Shown here: in pieces, positions 33,215 through 39,587 of the stretch
How positions within the stretch are numbered: position 1 is the stretch's first letter
Layout: the number at the start of each line of letters is the position of its first letter
From: Octopus bimaculoides
Lineage: Eukaryota
Direction of reading: 5' to 3'
DNA: 39,587 nt
NCBI RefSeq assembly: GCF_001194135.2
Contig: NC_068999.1
Span: 24,556,346 to 24,595,932 of the forward strand
The notes under the pieces: generated by a model
What the model saw: only the letters and a program-made list of their open reading frames with translations
Database searches by the model: none
What the model was told of the DNA's origin: nothing
Position numbers and translations under genes: made by a program

Positions 33215-33615
33215 TTACTTGTTGAAGTCATTAGACTACGGCCATGCTGGGGCACCGCCTTGAAGAGTTTTTGGTCGAACGAATCCACTCCAGTACTTTT
33301 TTAAAGTCTGGCACTTATTCTATTGGTCTCTTTTAACGAACCGTTAAGCTACGGGGTTGTAAACAAACCAACACCAGTTGTCTAGCGCTAGTGGTGCGAC
33401 AAACACAAGATTCACACACATAGATAAATAGATATATAGATATCTATATACGACGGGCTTCTTTCAGTTTCCGTCTAACAAATCCACTCACAACGCTTTG
33501 GTCGGCTCGAGGCTATAATAGAAGACACTTGCCCAAGATGTTACGCTGTGGGACTGAACCCAGAAACAAATAGGCGGGAAGCAATCTTCTTACCACACAG
33601 CCAAGCCTATGCCTA
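33215..33615 (-). mobile_element. SINE family B (CpG-rich)
   Basis: Full-length reverse-complement copy. Confidence 0.9.
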
Positions 33616-34760
33616 CGTCATTATTTAATTACAACAATCATTGATTTTCTGTTCATTAACTTGGATTTTTTAATTAATTAAAAAATTAACATAATTGTAA
33701 GACAAATATATTTACATAGACATAGCAAAAGTGTTGTTTTTGGTGGTGGTGGTGGTGGTGGGGATGGATTTATTTTATTATTAATAGTAATGCTTGATGT
33801 AGAGCCCCAAGTCGGCAGTATAAGTGTCGGCTTATGATCCAAGACATTACAACCATGACCATCCCATCTTATTTTCAGAAATTATAGATCGCAGACTAGA
33901 TTATCCAATGCAGCTGTTATCGCTCAAGGGAGATTTGACTGTTATATCTTCCAGGTCGAATGTTATGAAAATAGCATTCTCTCCACCTTTGGCCCATGAT
34001 TGTGGAATGGCAGCGTTTAGAAAATTCATGATCGTGTGATATGATGGTGGTAGTAAAGATCGACACGATAATGCTGATGCTGATGATGGGGAAGAGGAGG
34101 AGGAGGAGGAGAACGAAATGGCTTATTGTTAAATCTGACGCAGCTCAACCGCGGTGATAGTCATGATATCGATCCCTGATAATATAATTATCATACAGCA
34201 ATTACCATAATGACGATGATACATCATTGACATATAAAATGGTGATAACTGTCTGTAATACAGATACTGTTATTTTGATGGAGAGTTTTTTTTTTTTTAA
34301 TGTTATCTCATGATAAAAGTCTACCAAGCACTATCGAATGTTTATTGTTAGGAGGGTTGGCTGTTGTAGACTGGTAAAACGTATTTTTGATGTTATAAAA
34401 TAAATTAATTCCAATATATTGCCCACAAAAATGTATGTCTAAATAATTAGAGGGGTTTGTAAAGCGTTTTCATGTTTTCTCATTGAAACGAGTTTCTCTA
34501 ACTTGTCTTACATTTAACACGTCACTACAGTACTGCAGTATTGAAATTGTCCTCCAAACGTTTAAGAGTTCCACATTTCTTTTTTTTTATCATTTACAGT
34601 TAAATTTCATATCGTTTTTTAGTTGGCGTCTAATATACTTGTCCAGATTTTCACAGACGATATATATTCTTTGATTTAAGACTAAATGATGTATCCAAAT
34701 GCTAAAGCTGACCAGAATAGTTCTAAGCCAGAAGAGGGAAATCCAATGCTAACTTCAACA

Positions 34761-35901
34761 TCAATCTACATCACAAGAAATCGTTTCTGAAAACTTTGAT
34801 TTTTCGTCAATGCAAGAACTTTTTCTGTTAGTTAACAGAGGAATGGGATTATTTTCCGAGATGAAATCATTTTCCGGCGGCATTATGGTTGTATCAAGGA
34901 GTTTAGTATAGTTATCTGTATCACAATTAGTCGTAGTGCAGTCTACATCACTATCGGAGGAATGAAATCCATTGTTAATATTAGTATTAGTAATTCTGCT
35001 GTGGGCAAGCAGGGGCACTGGTTCATTTATTTTCAGTCTATCATGAATTCGTTTATGTCTCTCTAGATTACTCTTGTGGCTAGTTGCATAATCACAATGT
35101 GGACAGTTATAGTCCTTTTGTCCATTATGGACAGACAGGTGACGTCTTAGCAAAGCTTTCCGACAGAATCGTCGCCCACAGAACGGACAGGAATAACCGT
35201 TGTGATGAAATATTGTGATGTGTTCCCTCAGAGACGCTTTTGTTGAGAAAGTGACACCACAGCATTCCAGGACTTTATCGCAGGCTTGATGCATTGTAGA
35301 AATATGTCTTTTTAGATTGTTGCGTCTGTCTGTGACATAACGACAGTGTGAGCAAGGAAATAACTTACCACGAAATGTGTTACACACGAGCATAGCAAGT
35401 TCTAAATAGTTTCTGTTCATTAAAGGGGCTTTGTATTTGAAATAAGATAAGTCAGTTGGCATACTGGCCTGCTTGAATTGTTGGTGATACTCTACTAGGC
35501 TAAGTGGCCGTGTATTGTTTGCAAGAGAAGTTGGTGGAGGATACAGTGAATATTGCAACCAAGCAGCAGGTAAACCCAGAGCAGTCGGCAAAGATGCTGC
35601 TGGAGATATTATTGGAATGCCGCTATGAAGGTAGTGACGGCTACTAGAACTACCAAATGGAGTAAAAGAACTGCTTGGGCTTTTCGTGTTCCCTTTTTCT
35701 GAGTTTGAGCTGGGAGATTGTAAATAGAATCGCTCTGTTCGATCTATCGATGCGGGTGAATGAAGAGAAAGGCGATCTGCTCGCTCCATTGAACCAGGAG
35801 AGTATAGAGACAGGCGTTCTTTTTGGTCTGTTGATCCAGGCGAGGAGTTACTTCTTTCTTGAGACAAACGAGGAAGAATATTTTCTGCCCGAGAAGAACC
35901 A
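34761..35901 (-). CDS. C2H2 zinc-finger protein (4 fingers), large terminal coding exon; upstream exon(s) not securely identified
   Basis: Long open frame; fingers at about 35360-35043 (FPCSHCRYVTDRRNNLKRHISTMH, atypical ECCGVTF...H...H, YSCPFCGRRF...HLSVH, YNCPHCDYATSHKSNLERHKRIH). The track start is TTG, not ATG. A strong acceptor (TTCTTTCTTTTTGCAG) opens the exon at 35901 (phase 2), adding GSSRAENILPR. Confidence 0.9.
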
Positions 35902-37258
35902 CTGCAAAAAGAAAGAACGAAAAGAAGATTAGATTACAAAAAATTAATAAGATTAAAAGATTAACACAAAGTATAATTTGGATGTTTCAGATATTTTATT
36001 TCAACAAGGATTATCCATTCTATCTAAAATAGAGATAAACTCTATTATTTCTTATTTGTATTATTAAGAGCATCACTCCTAAAAATTTTCTGTGCCTCCT
36101 CTAATCAATTCGATTCGATGCAAAGTAACTTGGTATGATCCACACCAACGAAGTCGAATACATATTCTGATGTCTGGTCAAGTCAGTGTTCACAAATGTT
36201 GTCCTATGTTTGATGATAGTGTTAGCAAAGAGAATAGATCAACTGACTAAAGATAATTACGAAGTCTTGTTTTATGTTAACATCTATATTCTAATTTACC
36301 TTGTATTTCTGGAGATATGGAAGAACAAACGTTAACAAATAGTGGTTTGATATATATTTTTTGTATTTCACAAATACACGGAAATTAAATGAATTTGTAT
36401 TTAAAATAGCACAATGTGAACAGGATGATCAAAATCGGCAAGAAACAATGAGAATAAATGAGAATAAGTTGATAAAATTTACGATAAACATAAATCTAAG
36501 AAAATAGATTGAATTTTGACAAATTTGTCTAATTTTTAGATTAATATCTGTAATCGTGTCTGAAGAGAGCAATATATGTCTAATACAGAATCTTCAGTCG
36601 GTTTCTAACAAATGCTCCAAACTTTACAAACTGAGAAAATATTTGCGTGAAAATAAAATCTGCAAATCAATACGATTTAAATTTAGTAGCGGGTTATTTC
36701 CCTCGTTAGATGGTACTTAACAATCGAACGTTGGATAGGCATATTTTTTTAATTCGATAACAAAACGGAAACCTTTCACTGCCTGATACTTATCACCAAG
36801 TCTTCGCTGCGATATGATGATGTGAAACAATGGAAGAACGGCACATACAACCAGATGCCTAGTGAAGCTATTGCAAATAATGTTATATCAAGTGCTATCA
36901 CTGTAATTGGAAGTGAAAGGAACAGATTACATACAACCACAATTAAGTTAATTCTAAATATGGACGAGTCTCCGTCAATGCCATAAAATGGTTCTGGAGC
37001 CAGCTGAGGACGCTATCTAAAACGAATAATAAAATCAGTCGCGACATCAAATGTATTTAATTATATTCTTTAAAAAAAAAAATTAAGAAAGGAGAAATAA
37101 TTCGATAAACGTTTCCCGTCATATTTTCCATTATTTACGTGACTTTAGATATATTTTGGAAACCACATTGATATCAGAGACAACTTAATAGTAGACTGTA
37201 AAAATCTTATGATAAATGAAAGACATCATCATCATAAATAAAATATGTGTGAGTAGAA

Positions 37259-37303
<45 letters not shown>

Positions 37304-37304
<1 letters not shown>

Positions 37305-37915
37305 CAGGTCATCCCATAAGTTCTGTCCGATTTAAACTTTTTAAAAATCGAATGAAATTTAATAGTATTTTAGAACGTCTAATGGAATTAAAAATTATTT
37401 TTATGCATTTGTGTACATTTAAACTAATTAAATATTATTTTACAGAATAATAGAATTAAAATTTCTTTGATGAAAAACCCTTTCTAAGATGGAAGTATCC
37501 AAAGAGCATTTGAGGCACAAAATGCTTTAGAGTACAAAAAAGGAAACTCTGCAGTCGAAGCGACTCGAAACATACACTCAATTTATGGGAAAGAATGCTT
37601 GAATGAAAGAACTTGCAGAAGATGGTTTGCAAAATTCGGAAGTGGAGATTTCAGCCTTGAAGATAAAGATTGAACAGGACGTTCAGTTGAGTTTGATGAT
37701 AAGCTCCTTGAGGCATTACTTGAAGAAAATCCTGCATTATCAGTTGAAGAATTGGCAATAAAGCTTAGTTCAAACCATACAACTGTTCATCGTCATCTTC
37801 AACAACTTGGAAAGGTTCCTAAACTTGAAAAATAGGTGCCTCATGAATTGTCCGAAAGCAACCGCAAATCCCGAGTTGACATCTGCTCTTCTCTCTATTC
37901 TCGCGAACTCATTTC
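37304..37915 (+). mobile_element. Mariner transposon 5' part (left TIR plus transposase pseudogene), cut by an assembly gap
   Basis: TA-TCAGGTCATCCCATAAGTTCTGTCC TIR; ATG at 37489: MEVSKEHLRH...ERTCRRWFAKF..GDFSLED...*VPHEL (WVPHEL motif with W mutated to stop); one frameshift and at least 2 stops; gap 37916-38656. Confidence 0.9.
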
Positions 37916-38656
37916 NNNNNNNNNNNNNNNNNNNNNNNNNNNNNNNNNNNNNNNNNNNNNNNNNNNNNNNNNNNNNNNNNNNNNNNNNNNNNNNNNNNNN
38001 NNNNNNNNNNNNNNNNNNNNNNNNNNNNNNNNNNNNNNNNNNNNNNNNNNNNNNNNNNNNNNNNNNNNNNNNNNNNNNNNNNNNNNNNNNNNNNNNNNNN
38101 NNNNNNNNNNNNNNNNNNNNNNNNNNNNNNNNNNNNNNNNNNNNNNNNNNNNNNNNNNNNNNNNNNNNNNNNNNNNNNNNNNNNNNNNNNNNNNNNNNNN
38201 NNNNNNNNNNNNNNNNNNNNNNNNNNNNNNNNNNNNNNNNNNNNNNNNNNNNNNNNNNNNNNNNNNNNNNNNNNNNNNNNNNNNNNNNNNNNNNNNNNNN
38301 NNNNNNNNNNNNNNNNNNNNNNNNNNNNNNNNNNNNNNNNNNNNNNNNNNNNNNNNNNNNNNNNNNNNNNNNNNNNNNNNNNNNNNNNNNNNNNNNNNNN
38401 NNNNNNNNNNNNNNNNNNNNNNNNNNNNNNNNNNNNNNNNNNNNNNNNNNNNNNNNNNNNNNNNNNNNNNNNNNNNNNNNNNNNNNNNNNNNNNNNNNNN
38501 NNNNNNNNNNNNNNNNNNNNNNNNNNNNNNNNNNNNNNNNNNNNNNNNNNNNNNNNNNNNNNNNNNNNNNNNNNNNNNNNNNNNNNNNNNNNNNNNNNNN
38601 NNNNNNNNNNNNNNNNNNNNNNNNNNNNNNNNNNNNNNNNNNNNNNNNNNNNNNNN

Positions 38657-38825
38657 ATATATATATATATATATATACGACGGGCTTCTTTCAGCTTCCG
38701 TCTACCAAATCCACTCACAAAGCCCGAGGCTATAGTAGAAGACACTTGCCCAAGGTGCCAAGCTGTGAGAATGAACCCGGAACCATGTGGTTCGTAAGCA
38801 AGCTACTTACCACACAGTCACACAC
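38657..38825 (-). mobile_element. SINE family B 5' half
   Basis: (TA)n CGACGGGCTTCTTTCAG...AGCTACTTACCACACAG. Confidence 0.85.
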
Positions 38826-38984
38826 ACACATATATATATATCTCGTGAAGTATATTTGCCACCTAAATGTGACTGACCCATATGGGACGATGCAACTGTT
38901 GTTTATAGCCCCAGGAAGACATCTCCGGCTAACGACATCTCAAGTAATCAACCAATAAAAAAAATTTTAAAAAACGTTGAACCA

Positions 38985-39587
38985 ACATCTTGTTTCAGTC
39001 ATTAGACTGCGGCCATGCTGGAGCACCACCTTGAAGAATTTTAGTGGAATGAATCGACCACAGTACTTATTTTGTTGTTTTTTAGGCCTGTTACCTGTTC
39101 TGTCGGTATCTTTTGCCGAACCGCCAGATTACGAGGACATAAATACACCAATACATAAAACATACATTAATACGTACATACATACATACGTACGTTCGTA
39201 CATACATACATACATACATACATACGTACGTACGTACATACATACATACATACATATATACATACATACGTACATGCTTATTATGTTTGTACTTATTAGT
39301 ATTTATTGGTACTTGTTCTATAAGTATCTTTTGCCGAACCGTCAAGTTACGGGGACAAACATACCAAGACCACACACACACACACACATACACACACACA
39401 CACACACGCACGCACGCACACGCGCGCGAGTAATCGACGGGCCTCTTTCAGTTTCCATCCACTACTAAATCCACTCACAAGGCTTTGATCACCCTGAGGC
39501 TATAGTAGAAGACATTTGCCCAAGATTCCACGCGGTGGGACTGAACCCAGAACCATGTAGTTGGGAAGCAAGCTTCTTACCCCACAG
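38985..39587 (-). mobile_element. SINE family B with (TACA)n and (CA)n expansions and an internal duplication
   Basis: The TCTTTTGCCGAACCG block occurs twice (about 39108 and 39327), around a (TACA)n tract. Confidence 0.8.

Noticed and set aside
35363-35369. Perfect G|GTAAGT donor on the minus strand just before finger 1 (finger-less isoform?)
   Set aside because: It arises from the R-G-K-L codons; no matching downstream exon was found, so it cannot be supported without RNA data.
37807-38958. Long ORFs of 278-383 aa in the track
   Set aside because: Artefacts of translating through the 741-N gap; the real content is a mariner pseudogene and a SINE.

Overview
AT-rich animal genomic DNA packed with microsatellites and SINEs. 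It is most consistent with an octopus (coleoid cephalopod); this is an inference from repeat make-up, not a database hit. The window holds two host genes in tail-to-tail orientation. (1) A class II CPD photolyase (phr) on the + strand, with 8 shared coding exons (6614-19905) followed by two alternative, intact, homologous terminal exons (9a 21498-21655; 9b 28019-28161), predicting 503-aa and 498-aa isoforms that differ in the C-terminal DNA-contacting segment. (2) The large terminal exon of a 4-finger C2H2 zinc-finger gene on the - strand (35901-34761). The rest is decayed retroelements (Penelope-like, RTE, R4/Dong-like), Tc1/mariner fragments, MITEs with visible TIRs/TSDs (Mutator-, mariner-, piggyBac- and hAT-like) and several SINE families. 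The main discovery candidate is the old, purifying-selected duplicated last exon of the photolyase, together with unusual substitutions at conserved shared-exon motifs. CpG content of repeat copies also changes sharply at the apparent gene boundaries. Repeat coordinates are approximate (about +/-20 bp); exon coordinates were counted to the base.
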